Positions 27,561 to 37,590 of a stretch of 64,000 nt of DNA are shown here, piece after piece. The stretch is taken from the NCBI GenBank assembly GCA_947175635.1, contig CAMWNM010000005.1, positions 7,253 through 71,252 of the forward strand, read 5' to 3'. A program made the position numbers and the translations under genes. Position 1 is the first letter of the stretch; each line of letters opens with the position of its first letter. Below the pieces are notes generated by a model. The model was not told the origin of the DNA and did no database searches. It saw only the letters and a program-made list of their open reading frames with translations. Source of the DNA: an uncultured Bacteroidales bacterium. GTDB lineage: Bacteria; Bacteroidota; Bacteroidia; Bacteroidales; P3.

Positions 27561-28292
27561 TTACATAAGTAACTGGGTAAGCACCAGATTGGAAAGGATA
27601 ATGGCGATACTGCTGTTTACAACCGCTTTGGTGCTGGCACGGCCCACTTCGAGCGCCCCGCCTTTTACCGTATATCCGTAAAACGACGAAATACTGCTGA
27701 TAAAAAAAGCAAACACCACGGTCTTGATGATGGCGTAGGCCAAATCGAAGGGGTGGGGAAAGGATTGCAAGCCGTAGATGAACTCATAGGAAGTCATGCC
27801 GCCTACGCTTACCCCGATAGCCCAACCGCCGAAGAGGGCGGCCACGATACTGAGCATGATCAGGATGGGATTGAACATCAAACAGGCGATAATCTTGGGC
27901 AGAATCAGATAGGACGCCGAGTTCACGCCCATTACCTCAATGGCGTCGATTTGTTCGGTGATGCGCATACTGCCCAGCTGGGAAGCGATATGCGAGCCGA
28001 TTTTTCCGGCCAGAATCAAGCCGATGATGGTGGGGGCCAGCTCCATCACGATGGCCTTACGGGTGGCGAAGCCCACGGCGTAAATCGGGATCCAGGGCGA
28101 ATCCATATTGATTTGCAGCTGGATGGTGATAGCCGCCCCTACAAAGAGGGACACCAGCGAAACGATGGGAATGGAGTCGAAACCCAGTTGATGGATTTCA
28201 TCGATAACCTGCTTCCAGAACATCTTCTGTTTTCCCGAAGGGGAGAATACTTTTCTGAGAAGCAGAAAATAGTTGCCTATGGTTGCTATCAT
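27561..28292 (-). CDS. MlaE/Ttg2B family ABC transporter permease
   Basis: 243 aa, multi-TM, with ...ITEQIDAIEVMGVNSASYLILPKI... typical of MlaE-type permeases. Confidence 0.8.
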   Translation of the reverse strand: MIATIGNYFLLLRKVFSPSGKQKMFWKQVIDEIHQLGFDSIPIVSLVSLFVGAAITIQLQINMDSPWIPIYAVGFATRKAIVMELAPTIIGLILAGKIGSHIASQLGSMRITEQIDAIEVMGVNSASYLILPKIIACLMFNPILIMLSIVAALFGGWAIGVSVGGMTSYEFIYGLQSFPHPFDLAYAIIKTVVFAFFISSISSFYGYTVKGGALEVGRASTKAVVNSSIAIILSNLVLTQLLM

Positions 28293-28432
28293 GGTGTTAT
28301 TCTAAGGAGAGGGCCGGCTGAACCCGCTACAAAAGTACGGAAGTTTTTTGTTCGCCCCGCTTTATTTACTTTTGCGTTGCCTCGATTTTTGGGAAAAACA
28401 AGTCGGTGGTTTTCTAAATTGTTGTGCTTGAA

Positions 28433-28660
28433 ATGAAAACAAAAAAAATAAAGGGGGCTGTCTGTCTGGTGGGCGCGGTGGTGGTGCTGGCGGTTTCTTC
28501 CTGCAGGTCGCAGTATCATTTTCCGGGTGGTTTCAAGAAACGTCGTGTTCCTGCCAAGGGATGCGGTTGTCCGTCGTATTCGTATGGCGCTGATTCAGCC
28601 ACGTTCAAGCATCTCTGCCTCTACCAAGCCGTGGATGCGGGCGAGTTTGCCGGTAGATAG
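28433..28660 (+). CDS. Candidate small lipoprotein ORF (uncertain)
   Basis: MKTKKIKGAVCLVGAVVVLAVSSC is a clean lipoprotein signal plus lipobox. However, the 3' ~66 nt overlap the convergent SprT-like gene, so the true extent is unclear. Confidence 0.3.
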   Translation: MKTKKIKGAVCLVGAVVVLAVSSCRSQYHFPGGFKKRRVPAKGCGCPSYSYGADSATFKHLCLYQAVDAGEFAGR

Positions 28661-29467
28661 GTTCTGCGCCAAGACGAAATCCTCCCCGGTTTTGACGATC
28701 CGGTATTCGTTGCCCTCCATGCGGATATACATGCCGGGTTCGGTTTGCGCCACCTTTCGGTGTCCGGCAGACGTGTAGCCGGTTGCTTCGGGGGGGGCTT
28801 CCTGCGGTCGGTTTTTCTTTTCTTCCGCAATCTGTCTTTTCATTTCTTGCCGCTGCCGGTCTTCCCGGAGTCCGGCCGACAGTTTTTCAGCCTGTTCTCC
28901 CATATAGGGAGCGGGAATCTCGATGCCTTTCTTGAGCAGTTTCAGATAGGTTCTGGCAAATTCCTTTCGGTTTTTGCCGTAGCGCAGGCAGGCCTCCTCC
29001 ATTTCGGCTTCGAAATAGCGGCTGGTTTTCACAAAATAGCGTTGAATAACCTCCAGAATGTCGGCGGGAAAGATCTCCGGCGAGAAAAAAGGCTGGAAAA
29101 GCCGTTTGAAATTGTTTTTCCATTCCTTTCCATGCGGATATACCGTATCGCCGTATTGACGACGGGTAACGAGGTGTGCCCACTCATGCACGAATACAAA
29201 CAGCAGGGCGTAGGGGTTGAGGTCGATTTGCAGGGAAATGGTATGCAGCGTATCAAAACCCTTGGGGTGTGAAAGAAAAGGAGCGGTCTCGGTTTTGGGC
29301 GGCATATAGTACCCCAAGGTACGGCTTTTTCGGTCGGAAAAGGCTACGCGCACCCCGTCTTGGGCCAACCAGGAGAGGATATGGGGCAGCGCTGCCTTGA
29401 TGATGAAAGGCTGGAGCGCGCGGGCAAGATTCCGCTCTATTTTTATACCGTTTGCAGGCTCACTCAT
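28595..29467 (-). CDS. SprT-like zinc metalloprotease domain protein
   Basis: 290 aa with the HExxH motif in LLFVFVHEWAHLVTRRQYG...HGKEW. Confidence 0.65.
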   Translation of the reverse strand: MSEPANGIKIERNLARALQPFIIKAALPHILSWLAQDGVRVAFSDRKSRTLGYYMPPKTETAPFLSHPKGFDTLHTISLQIDLNPYALLFVFVHEWAHLVTRRQYGDTVYPHGKEWKNNFKRLFQPFFSPEIFPADILEVIQRYFVKTSRYFEAEMEEACLRYGKNRKEFARTYLKLLKKGIEIPAPYMGEQAEKLSAGLREDRQRQEMKRQIAEEKKNRPQEAPPEATGYTSAGHRKVAQTEPGMYIRMEGNEYRIVKTGEDFVLAQNLSTGKLARIHGLVEAEMLERG

Positions 29468-29560
29468 GCCGCAAAATTAGCGAAAACAGATGGCCGGATA
29501 AAGGGGAAAATGCTACTTTTGCAGTCTGTGTTCCGCAAAACAAAAAGCAAGATAGGGAAT

Positions 29561-31369
29561 ATGCGCCATTTTTTTTCATTATTGGCTCACTATAAGGGGT
29601 ATATCGTACTCAATATCCTTTCCAACCTATTGTATGTACTTACATCTTTCTTTTCCCTTACCCTTATCGCCCCCTTTGTTTCGGTCATGTTCGGAATGGT
29701 GGACAGGGTGGAGGCACTGCCTGCATTTGAGTTTGATGCCGACACATTGTTGCGGTACGCTTATTTCTATGTGGCCCGGTTTGAAGATGCCTATGGGGTG
29801 ATGCCGGCTTTGGTGATGCTGGCGGTGGGGTTTGTGTTGATGTCTGTACTCTCCAATGCTTTCCGCTACGGGGCCCTGTATTGTTTGGGAACCCTCAGAA
29901 GCGGTGTCGTATGCGATCTTCGCAGTTATTTCTATTCGTGTATGATGCGCTTGCCCTTGGCTTATTTTTCCGAGCAGAAGAAAGGGGATTTGCTTTCGCG
30001 TGTGAACAACGATATGGCAGAGGTGGAGGCGGCTGTGGTGAAGTCCTTGCAGAGTGCCATCATGGAACCTCTTTATGTGTTGGTGTTCGTTGCCGGCTTG
30101 TTTGGTCTCAACGCGCAGCTCTCTCTGGTGGTGTTGCTGGCTTTTCCGCCCATTCTTTACATCATGGGGAGAATCGGCGTTTTTCTCAAAAGGCGTTCGG
30201 AAACGGTGCAGCAGATGCTGGGGCAGTTGGTGGCCACGATAGAGGAGGCCATAAACGGTTTGCGTGTCATCAAATCTTTCAATCTTATCGATTGGACGGG
30301 CGATGGTTTCCGCCAGTACAACAAGAAATATGTAAAGGTACTCAACGGGGTGCACAGGAGAAGGGATCTTTCGGGGCCGCTTACCGAAATCCTGCTGGTG
30401 ATCGTTACCATGGGCGTGTTGGGCTTCGGCGGCGTGAGGGTATTGAACGGCGGTATGCAGCCCGATCTTTTCGTGCTGTACATACTCCTGCTTATCCGCA
30501 TCATCTCTCCGGCCAAGCATACGGTGGATGCCTACTACAATATTCAGAAGGGACGCGCCGCCTTAAAGCGCATCTATGCCGTGATCAACGAACCTCCGGG
30601 CGAGACGGATGCCGCCGATGCGCGTTCCAAAACCTCGTTCGATGCTGAATTGGAATACAGGGATGTGTCTTTTCAGTACGTTTCGGGTGAAGCGACGGTG
30701 TTGGAACATGTGAACCTGAAGATTCAGAAAGGCCGGATCTACGCATTTGTAGGGGCCTCCGGCGCGGGTAAAACCACCATGGTGGATTTGCTGTGCCGCC
30801 ATTACGATGTTTCGTCAGGTGCCATCCTGATGGACGGCCAAGATATTGCCGGCATCAGACGGAACGACCTGCGGGAACTGATAGGTACCGTAAGTCAGCA
30901 TCCTTTCGTATGGCACGATACGGTGGCCAACAACATCCGTTTCGGAAAGGAAGAGGCCACAATGGAGGAAGTGATGGAAGCGGCCAGAAAAGCCAACGCC
31001 CACGACTTCATCATGGCCATGCCGGAAGGTTACGATACCGTATTGGGCGATAATGGCATGACCGTTTCGGGCGGACAGCGTCAGCGGATCGTGATCGCCC
31101 GCGCCATTCTCAAGAACGCCCCCATTCTGGTGCTGGACGAGGCAACTTCGGCACTCGATACCGAGTCGGAAGTGCTGGTGCAGCAGGCCCTGACTCAACT
31201 GATGGAGGGGAGGACTTCGATCGTGATAGCCCATCGGCTCAGTACCATCCGGCATGCCGACTGTATCGTGGTGTTCGACAGGGGCCGGATTGTGGAACAA
31301 GGCACGCACGAGGAATTGATGGCCTTGGACGGGCATTATGCCAAATATGTGGGATTGCAAACTTTGTAA
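29561..31369 (+). CDS. ABC exporter, fused permease/ATPase (MsbA-like)
   Basis: Six-TM domain followed by an NBD with Walker A GASGAGKTT, signature VSGGQRQR and Walker B ILVLDEATSALD. The start is the ATG at 29561 (MRHFFSLL), not 29360. Confidence 0.85.
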   Translation: MRHFFSLLAHYKGYIVLNILSNLLYVLTSFFSLTLIAPFVSVMFGMVDRVEALPAFEFDADTLLRYAYFYVARFEDAYGVMPALVMLAVGFVLMSVLSNAFRYGALYCLGTLRSGVVCDLRSYFYSCMMRLPLAYFSEQKKGDLLSRVNNDMAEVEAAVVKSLQSAIMEPLYVLVFVAGLFGLNAQLSLVVLLAFPPILYIMGRIGVFLKRRSETVQQMLGQLVATIEEAINGLRVIKSFNLIDWTGDGFRQYNKKYVKVLNGVHRRRDLSGPLTEILLVIVTMGVLGFGGVRVLNGGMQPDLFVLYILLLIRIISPAKHTVDAYYNIQKGRAALKRIYAVINEPPGETDAADARSKTSFDAELEYRDVSFQYVSGEATVLEHVNLKIQKGRIYAFVGASGAGKTTMVDLLCRHYDVSSGAILMDGQDIAGIRRNDLRELIGTVSQHPFVWHDTVANNIRFGKEEATMEEVMEAARKANAHDFIMAMPEGYDTVLGDNGMTVSGGQRQRIVIARAILKNAPILVLDEATSALDTESEVLVQQALTQLMEGRTSIVIAHRLSTIRHADCIVVFDRGRIVEQGTHEELMALDGHYAKYVGLQTL

Positions 31370-31380
31370 GCGAGAGGATT

Positions 31381-32559
31381 ATGCGGGATAGAATCAAGCG
31401 GCAGGCGCAAGCCTTGATGCAGGAATTGGTGGAGATGCGCCGTCATCTGCATCGGCATCCGGAACTTTCTACCGAGGAACGGGAAACGGGGCGTTATATC
31501 GAGCGGCAACTTTCCCGATGGGGCATCGCCTGCAGGGGCGGTTACTCGGGATACGGAGTGGTGGGGATTATCGAAGGAAAGGAACCCCGGCGGCGTTGCA
31601 TCGCCCTTCGGGCCGATATGGACGCTCTGCCCATCGAGGAAGAGACGGGTCTGGATTTTGCCTCGGAAAACAAGGGGGTGATGCACGCCTGCGGGCATGA
31701 TGTGCATATGGCGTGCCTGCTCGGGGCGGCCAAGATACTGCAATCGATCAAGGATGAGTTTGAAGGAACGGTGAAGCTGATCTTTCAACCCTCCGAAGAA
31801 GATTTCCGCGCGGGTGCGCCGGTGATGATCCGGCAAGGTGTGCTGGAAGATCCGGTGCCGGAACGAATCTACGCGTTGCACGTGATGCCTGAGATGCCTT
31901 GCGGTAAGGTCGGGATGAAACAGGGCCCCTACATGGCCTCAACCGATGAGATTTATTTACGCGTGATCGGCAAAGCCGGTCATGGGGCGATGCCTGAAAT
32001 GAACGTGGATCCGGTGCTGACATCGGCCTATATCCTTACCGGATTGCAACAGGTTGTGAGCCGTCAGGCACCGCCGTATATTCCCACGGTGCTTTCTTTT
32101 GGCCGTATCATCGGAGAGGGCCGGACCAATATCATTCCGGGCGAGGTGAATATGGAGGGTACATTACGTACTTTCGACGAGGCATGGCGGAAGAAGGCGC
32201 ACGAAGCCATTATCCGTTGCGCGCAGGAAATCGCCAAGGGAATGGGGGCAAGATGCGAGGTGCGGATAGACCACGGCTATCCGTTTGTATATAATGATGA
32301 GCAAGCTACGCAAAGCGTCCGGAATGCGGCCGTTGCCCTGTTGGGAGCGGAGAATGTGGAAGAACTGCCGCTTCGCATGACGGCCGAAGACTTTTCCTAT
32401 TATACCCGGGAAGTGCCGGGTTGCATGTTCCGTTTGGGCGTAAGACCGGAGGGGCTGGAAAATCCTTCCAATCTGCATACAAGCCGTCTTTCCATAGACG
32501 AGAACGCGCTCCCGATAGGGGCGGCGATGATGGCAGCCTTGGCGGTGGGAGAGGCCTAA
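31381..32559 (+). CDS. M20 family amidohydrolase (N-acyl-amino acid amidohydrolase type)
   Basis: 392 aa. LVEMRRHLHRHPELS ... MHACGHDVH ... typical of the M20D subfamily. Confidence 0.8.
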   Translation: MRDRIKRQAQALMQELVEMRRHLHRHPELSTEERETGRYIERQLSRWGIACRGGYSGYGVVGIIEGKEPRRRCIALRADMDALPIEEETGLDFASENKGVMHACGHDVHMACLLGAAKILQSIKDEFEGTVKLIFQPSEEDFRAGAPVMIRQGVLEDPVPERIYALHVMPEMPCGKVGMKQGPYMASTDEIYLRVIGKAGHGAMPEMNVDPVLTSAYILTGLQQVVSRQAPPYIPTVLSFGRIIGEGRTNIIPGEVNMEGTLRTFDEAWRKKAHEAIIRCAQEIAKGMGARCEVRIDHGYPFVYNDEQATQSVRNAAVALLGAENVEELPLRMTAEDFSYYTREVPGCMFRLGVRPEGLENPSNLHTSRLSIDENALPIGAAMMAALAVGEA

Positions 32560-32574
32560 GGCAATCCGGAAAGA

Positions 32575-33177
32575 TTACTTTTCCTCCAGTTCGAAATCCA
32601 CGTCTTCTATAATACCGTTCACGATGTTTTTTCCGGCTTTTTGCAGTTTCTTGCGCATGTGCAGGGCCGCAAGAAGAAGGGTAAGGCCGTAGAAGATGCA
32701 TCCGATTCCGAAAAGGGTGAAGACAAAAGCATTGGTGGCTTTTGGGTAGGTGCAGATAAAGACACCGAGGGCAAACAGCAATATGGCTGAGATATATTCG
32801 GCAAGGGCCGGTTTCACGCCCCATTTACGGAGGCTCCAAAGGGAGAGGATTTGACTGATGCCGCTCAAGGCCAATATCAGTCCGAGTAATATAAACAGCA
32901 GTTTTACAAAAGATTGTGGCGAAGCGATTAAGGCAATGCCCACTATCAGGCTCATACCGAGATTGAAATACTGCATGCCGCCGGGGCGGATGTCTTTGCG
33001 TGATAAAACGGCAAGGAACGAAACTATGCCGGTGAAGAGAATCACACCGCCCAAAACGTAAAAGATCAGATTGGCCGACAAGCCGGGGAACACACAGAAA
33101 AACACGCCCAGCGCCACGGCCAGGATCGATCGGATGAGGATCTTCTGCAAATCACAGGAAGCAAGGTAAGTACACAT
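32575..33177 (-). CDS. HdeD/DUF308 family membrane protein
   Basis: 200 aa with ~6 TM segments and repeated DUF308-like helices (ILAVALGVFFCVFP..., LLFALGVFICTYP...). Confidence 0.55.
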   Translation of the reverse strand: MCTYLASCDLQKILIRSILAVALGVFFCVFPGLSANLIFYVLGGVILFTGIVSFLAVLSRKDIRPGGMQYFNLGMSLIVGIALIASPQSFVKLLFILLGLILALSGISQILSLWSLRKWGVKPALAEYISAILLFALGVFICTYPKATNAFVFTLFGIGCIFYGLTLLLAALHMRKKLQKAGKNIVNGIIEDVDFELEEK

Positions 33178-33267
33178 GGCAAGAAAAATTTTTTACATGC
33201 AAAGATACCAATACGGCACCATATCGGGCGGAGGGCCGATGGAAAAAATCCAGAGGCTTGTTCTCCG

Positions 33268-34059
33268 CTATTGCATAGGGGATTTTTCCGTGTGGCGGAT
33301 AAGCAGGATGCTGATTTCGTAGAGCAGGTACATGGGCAGGGAAACCACAAGGAGGGTTACGATATCGGATGTGGGGGTAATGATGGCCGCCAAGACCAGA
33401 ATGATGACGACGGCATGTTTACGGTAACGGCGCATGAAAGAGGCCGAAATAAACCCCAGTTTGGCAAACAGCCAGCAAAGAACGGGAATCTCGAATACGA
33501 TGCCCATCATCAGACACATACTTAACAGTGTGGAAATGTAAGAATCCAATGAAATGAGGTTGCTGACAGCCGGACTTACCTGATAGGTGCCCAGAAAACG
33601 GAAAGTGAGCGGGAAAATCAGAAAATAACTCAGCAGCACGCCCAGAATGAACATCAGATAGCCGCTTGCGGTTACCCTTGTGGCGTAGAGCCGTTCGTTG
33701 GCGTAGAGGGCGGGGGATACAAAGCGGAAAAGTTGATAGAGGATATAGGGCGAAGCGATGAAAAAACCCGCACAGAGAGCCATCTTCATGTGCACGATAA
33801 ATTGCCGGGCCAGTCCGGTATTGATAAGCTGTACCGAAAAATCGCTTTGCGGACTGCCCGTCCATTCGGCGATGCGGGTAAAGAGCGCGTAGGTAACGAA
33901 CGAACTGTTCTGCGGAGCAAGAAGTACCGAAAAAAGCAAGTTCTTGAAACAGAACGCCACAATGGCGAATCCCAAGGCGACAAGACCTATCCTGACCAAT
34001 GCGCCCCGAAGTTCGTCCAGATGCTCCCAAAAAGACAGCTTGGGGTTGCCCGCATCCAT
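33268..34059 (-). CDS. tatC: Twin-arginine translocase subunit TatC
   Basis: 263 aa. LSFWEHLDELRGALVR... followed by 6 TM segments, directly downstream of tatA. Confidence 0.9.
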   Translation of the reverse strand: MDAGNPKLSFWEHLDELRGALVRIGLVALGFAIVAFCFKNLLFSVLLAPQNSSFVTYALFTRIAEWTGSPQSDFSVQLINTGLARQFIVHMKMALCAGFFIASPYILYQLFRFVSPALYANERLYATRVTASGYLMFILGVLLSYFLIFPLTFRFLGTYQVSPAVSNLISLDSYISTLLSMCLMMGIVFEIPVLCWLFAKLGFISASFMRRYRKHAVVIILVLAAIITPTSDIVTLLVVSLPMYLLYEISILLIRHTEKSPMQ

Positions 34060-34266
34060 TTATCCCTTGTCTGAGGTTTGTTCGGGTTTCTTGTCGTCTT
34101 CGGCTTTTTCGGCGCCGTTCATCCCGTCTTTGAAGGAACGGACACCCTTGCCCAACCCTTTCATGAGTTCGGGGATTTTTTTCCCGCCGAAAAACAGCAG
34201 CACCACCAATGCGATTAATAAGATTTCCTGAAATCCTATACTGCCCAGAAAAAGTAAGTTTGTCAT
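34060..34266 (-). CDS. tatA: Twin-arginine translocase subunit TatA/E
   Basis: 68 aa. [36 protein letters not shown] is the canonical TatA pattern. Confidence 0.9.
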   Translation of the reverse strand: MTNLLFLGSIGFQEILLIALVVLLFFGGKKIPELMKGLGKGVRSFKDGMNGAEKAEDDKKPEQTSDKG

Positions 34267-34294
34267 GATTTTTCAACTGTTAGGGGAAAACAAC

Positions 34295-34813
34295 CTAAGC
34301 CTGACGTTTGCCTAATTGACGGATGCAACACCAACCGCCGAAAACTTGCAGCAGCATACCGGGAATTCCGATTCTGAAATCCTGTACGGCCGCAAGGAAA
34401 CTGCCCTTGATGGCCCATTCGCCCAATGTGCCGAAGACCTGATAAAAAAGCACTACGGCTGCGATCAGCCACAGCGGCGCTTTTCCAAAACGGGCGGCTG
34501 CATATCCGGCTGCGCCGGCCAGCAAAACCGATTTCAGCAGGATAGCGGGCAAAGCGGCGGTGGCCGGCATCCCGAAGAGCAGGGAGTTTGCAATCGGGGA
34601 TGCGAGGGCAATCAACAAACCTGTCTTCCAACCGTATTTATAGGCGCCCGCCAAGGTGAAGAAGTAGATGGGCAGCCAACGCAAACCACCTTGGGGTACC
34701 AGATGGCAGAGTTGGGGCAGAAGGATATTGCCGAGTACGAAAATGGCGGCCACCAGATAGGTTTTTGCCTGACGGTAGCCGAGTTCTCCGAAATAAAGGG
34801 CCGAAGTTTGCAT
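34295..34813 (-). CDS. Integral membrane protein, ECF-transporter S-component-like
   Basis: 172 aa with ~5-6 TM segments and a small substrate-capture-like topology. The family assignment is tentative. Confidence 0.4.
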   Translation of the reverse strand: MQTSALYFGELGYRQAKTYLVAAIFVLGNILLPQLCHLVPQGGLRWLPIYFFTLAGAYKYGWKTGLLIALASPIANSLLFGMPATAALPAILLKSVLLAGAAGYAAARFGKAPLWLIAAVVLFYQVFGTLGEWAIKGSFLAAVQDFRIGIPGMLLQVFGGWCCIRQLGKRQA

Positions 34814-35031
34814 GTTTGAACAATGTTTTGTGTGAAAAGCCCGTCGGAAACATTGTATTGTCCGACAAGCGCGGACAAAGATAACCCTATCGTTTTAAAG
34901 AACAAAATCCGAGCGGATTATGTCTGAATTGTTGAAAAATAAAGCGGAAAAAAGTGCAAAAGACAGGGTTGAAATAGCCGAAAATCAGTGGGCTTTACCT
35001 ATCTTTGAAGTCTAAAAGAATTAGATACGGA

Positions 35032-36423
35032 ATGAAACGGATTTTATTTGAAAGTTTGGCCGTGGCCGCGCTTCTGCTGTGCGGCGGCGGTCTCTTTGCC
35101 CAGGCACTGGGAGAGAAAGAATTGTCTGCCATCAAGAAAAGTTTTGTGCCGGATGCGTCCACACGCGCCATTCAGAATGTGCTCACCACCGATGCCAACA
35201 TCCGCGCGCAGGCCTTGAATCGTGAAAAGCAGGGGAAAATAGACCATTATTTCAAATATCGGGTGGATGTAAAGGGCATTACCGATCAAAAGCGTTCGGG
35301 GCGTTGCTGGATGTTTACCTCCATGAACGTGCTCCGTCCCGGGGTGATGGCCAAATACAAGATCGAAGAATTTGATTTTTCGCATAATTATTTGTATTTC
35401 TACGATATAATTGAAAAATCGAACCTCTTCCTCGAAAACATCATCCGTACGGCCAAAACCGATGCCGACGACAGGGAAGTGGTGCGTCTTTTCACCTCTC
35501 CCGTAGATGACGGCGGGGTGTGGAACCTGTACTTCAACATCGCCTCCAAATACGGGGTGGTGCCGGCTTCGGTGATGCCCGAAACCGAACATTCCAACAA
35601 CACCGCCCAGATGCTGGGGCTGGTAAACGAAAGCCTGCGCCGCACCGCTATGGAAATCCGCGGTATGGCCGGAAAGGGCGGCAAGACATCCGCCCTCAGG
35701 GAACGGAAGATGGCCGGCTTGAACGATGTGTACCGCATTCTGGCCCTTTGTCTGGGCGAACCGCCCGCTTCCTTTACCTGGCGTTACAAAGATACCGACG
35801 GCAATATCCGGGAACTGAAAGATTATACCCCTTTGCGTTTCTATGCGGAGATTACGCCCGAAGGCTACACGCCCGACAACTACATCATGATCATGAACGA
35901 TCCGACCCGTGCGTATTACAAGGTGTATGAAATCCAGAATTACCGCAACAGCTACGAAGGGATAAACTGGATTTATCTGAACCTGCCCGATGCGGATATA
36001 AAGGCGGCGGCCTTGGCTTCCATCAAGAACAACGAAGCGATGTACGCCTCTTGCGATGTGGGCAAGCAGTTCGATTCCAAACAGGGAATTTCGGATCCGG
36101 AAATGTACGACTACGAGTCGCTTCTGGGCGTGAAGCTGGATATGTCGAAAGCCGACAGGATTCTGAGCCGGCAGAGCGGTTCCAGCCATGCGATGACCTT
36201 GGTGGCCTGCGATGTGGACGAAAACGAAGTGCCGCAAAAATGGGAATTTGAAAACAGCTGGGGGGCCGATGCCGGTCATAAGGGATACATCACCTTTACC
36301 GACGCATGGTTTTCGGAATATATGTTCCGTCTGGTGATCCGTAAGGCCTATCTCGGCGAACGTGCGCTGGAAGCGCTTGAAACCAAGCCGGTGCAGTTGC
36401 CCATGTGGGATTATATGTTCTAA
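35032..36423 (+). CDS. pepC: Aminopeptidase C / bleomycin-hydrolase-type C1 cysteine peptidase, with signal peptide
   Basis: Catalytic Cys context DQKRSGRCWMFTSMN, His in SSHAMTLVACD, and Asn/Trp in FENSWGADAG. I prefer the ATG at 35032. Confidence 0.85.
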   Translation: MKRILFESLAVAALLLCGGGLFAQALGEKELSAIKKSFVPDASTRAIQNVLTTDANIRAQALNREKQGKIDHYFKYRVDVKGITDQKRSGRCWMFTSMNVLRPGVMAKYKIEEFDFSHNYLYFYDIIEKSNLFLENIIRTAKTDADDREVVRLFTSPVDDGGVWNLYFNIASKYGVVPASVMPETEHSNNTAQMLGLVNESLRRTAMEIRGMAGKGGKTSALRERKMAGLNDVYRILALCLGEPPASFTWRYKDTDGNIRELKDYTPLRFYAEITPEGYTPDNYIMIMNDPTRAYYKVYEIQNYRNSYEGINWIYLNLPDADIKAAALASIKNNEAMYASCDVGKQFDSKQGISDPEMYDYESLLGVKLDMSKADRILSRQSGSSHAMTLVACDVDENEVPQKWEFENSWGADAGHKGYITFTDAWFSEYMFRLVIRKAYLGERALEALETKPVQLPMWDYMF

Positions 36424-37511
36424 TGAAGACGCTAAAAACATCAGGTATGAAAAGGGGAATATCCTTGAGTTTGCTGTTGTTGGTTCTCGGTATGGGAATC
36501 AATCTTTCGGCACAGGAGAAAAAACAGTATGAATTGGGCATGGTGGCCTTTTACAATCTCGAGAACCTGTTCGACACCATCGATGATCCCAATACCAACG
36601 ATCAGGAATACCTGCCTTCGGGAAAAAATTCCTGGAACACGGTCAAGTACCGCAACAAACTGCACAACCTGGCCGAGGTGATCACTTCCATGGGCACGGA
36701 CGAGATAGCCGGTTATCCGATGTTCTGCCCCGATGTGGTGGGGGTAAGCGAGATAGAAAACCGCTTGGTGCTGGAAGATCTGGTAAGCCAGCCCGAAATG
36801 CAGCCCTATAATTTCGGCATCGTGCATTACGACGGTCCCGATCAACGCGGCGTGGATGTAGGGCTTTTGTATAAAAAAGACAAATTCACTGTTTTGGGAA
36901 GCCGTTCGGTGCGTTTGGTGGATCCCGACCTGCCCGATTTTAAAACCCGCGATCAATTGGTGGTTACGGGTCTGTATATGGGCGATACCCTGCATTTCGT
37001 GGTGAACCACTGGCCTTCGCGTCTGGGAGGGGAAAAGAGAAGCTCTCCCAGACGGGAAAACGCGGCCCGTCTGAGCCGTTCCATCGTGGACAGCCTTTTG
37101 GCCGTCAATCCCGATGCCAAGGTGATCGTAATGGGCGACCTGAACGACGACCCCATCAACAAGAGCGTGGTGGAGGTGTTGAACGCGCCCAAAACCGACG
37201 ATTATACCCGACTCCAGCCCGGACAGATGTTCAATGTTGCTTACGGCGCGTTTAAACGGGGTAATGGAACGCTTTGCTACAGGGGCAATTGGAATCTTTT
37301 CGATCAGATTGTCATCACGCAGGGACTGGTAGGTAAGGACCGCACCTCGCTTAAGTTTTACGGATACCGCATCTTCAATGCCGACTGGCTTGTCCAGCAA
37401 ACCGGCCAATACGCGGGCTATCCTTTGCGGACCCATGCAGGAGGCGTGTATCTGAACGGGTATAGCGATCACTTTCCTGTGTATATGATATTGATAAAGG
37501 AAAAGAGGTAG
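36423..37511 (+). CDS. Secreted endonuclease/exonuclease/phosphatase (EEP) family protein
   Basis: The signal peptide is followed by VAFYNLENLFD...VGVSEIEN...HFVVNHWPSR...VMGDLND...GYSDHFPV, typical EEP catalytic blocks. The start is 36423 or 36447. Confidence 0.75.
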   Translation: MKTLKTSGMKRGISLSLLLLVLGMGINLSAQEKKQYELGMVAFYNLENLFDTIDDPNTNDQEYLPSGKNSWNTVKYRNKLHNLAEVITSMGTDEIAGYPMFCPDVVGVSEIENRLVLEDLVSQPEMQPYNFGIVHYDGPDQRGVDVGLLYKKDKFTVLGSRSVRLVDPDLPDFKTRDQLVVTGLYMGDTLHFVVNHWPSRLGGEKRSSPRRENAARLSRSIVDSLLAVNPDAKVIVMGDLNDDPINKSVVEVLNAPKTDDYTRLQPGQMFNVAYGAFKRGNGTLCYRGNWNLFDQIVITQGLVGKDRTSLKFYGYRIFNADWLVQQTGQYAGYPLRTHAGGVYLNGYSDHFPVYMILIKEKR

Positions 37512-37590
37512 CCGGGGCGCTCGCGAGGTAACGGTATTCGACTTCGCAAAACATTTGTAATTTCGCAACCTATAAAAATTTCCAGACGAT

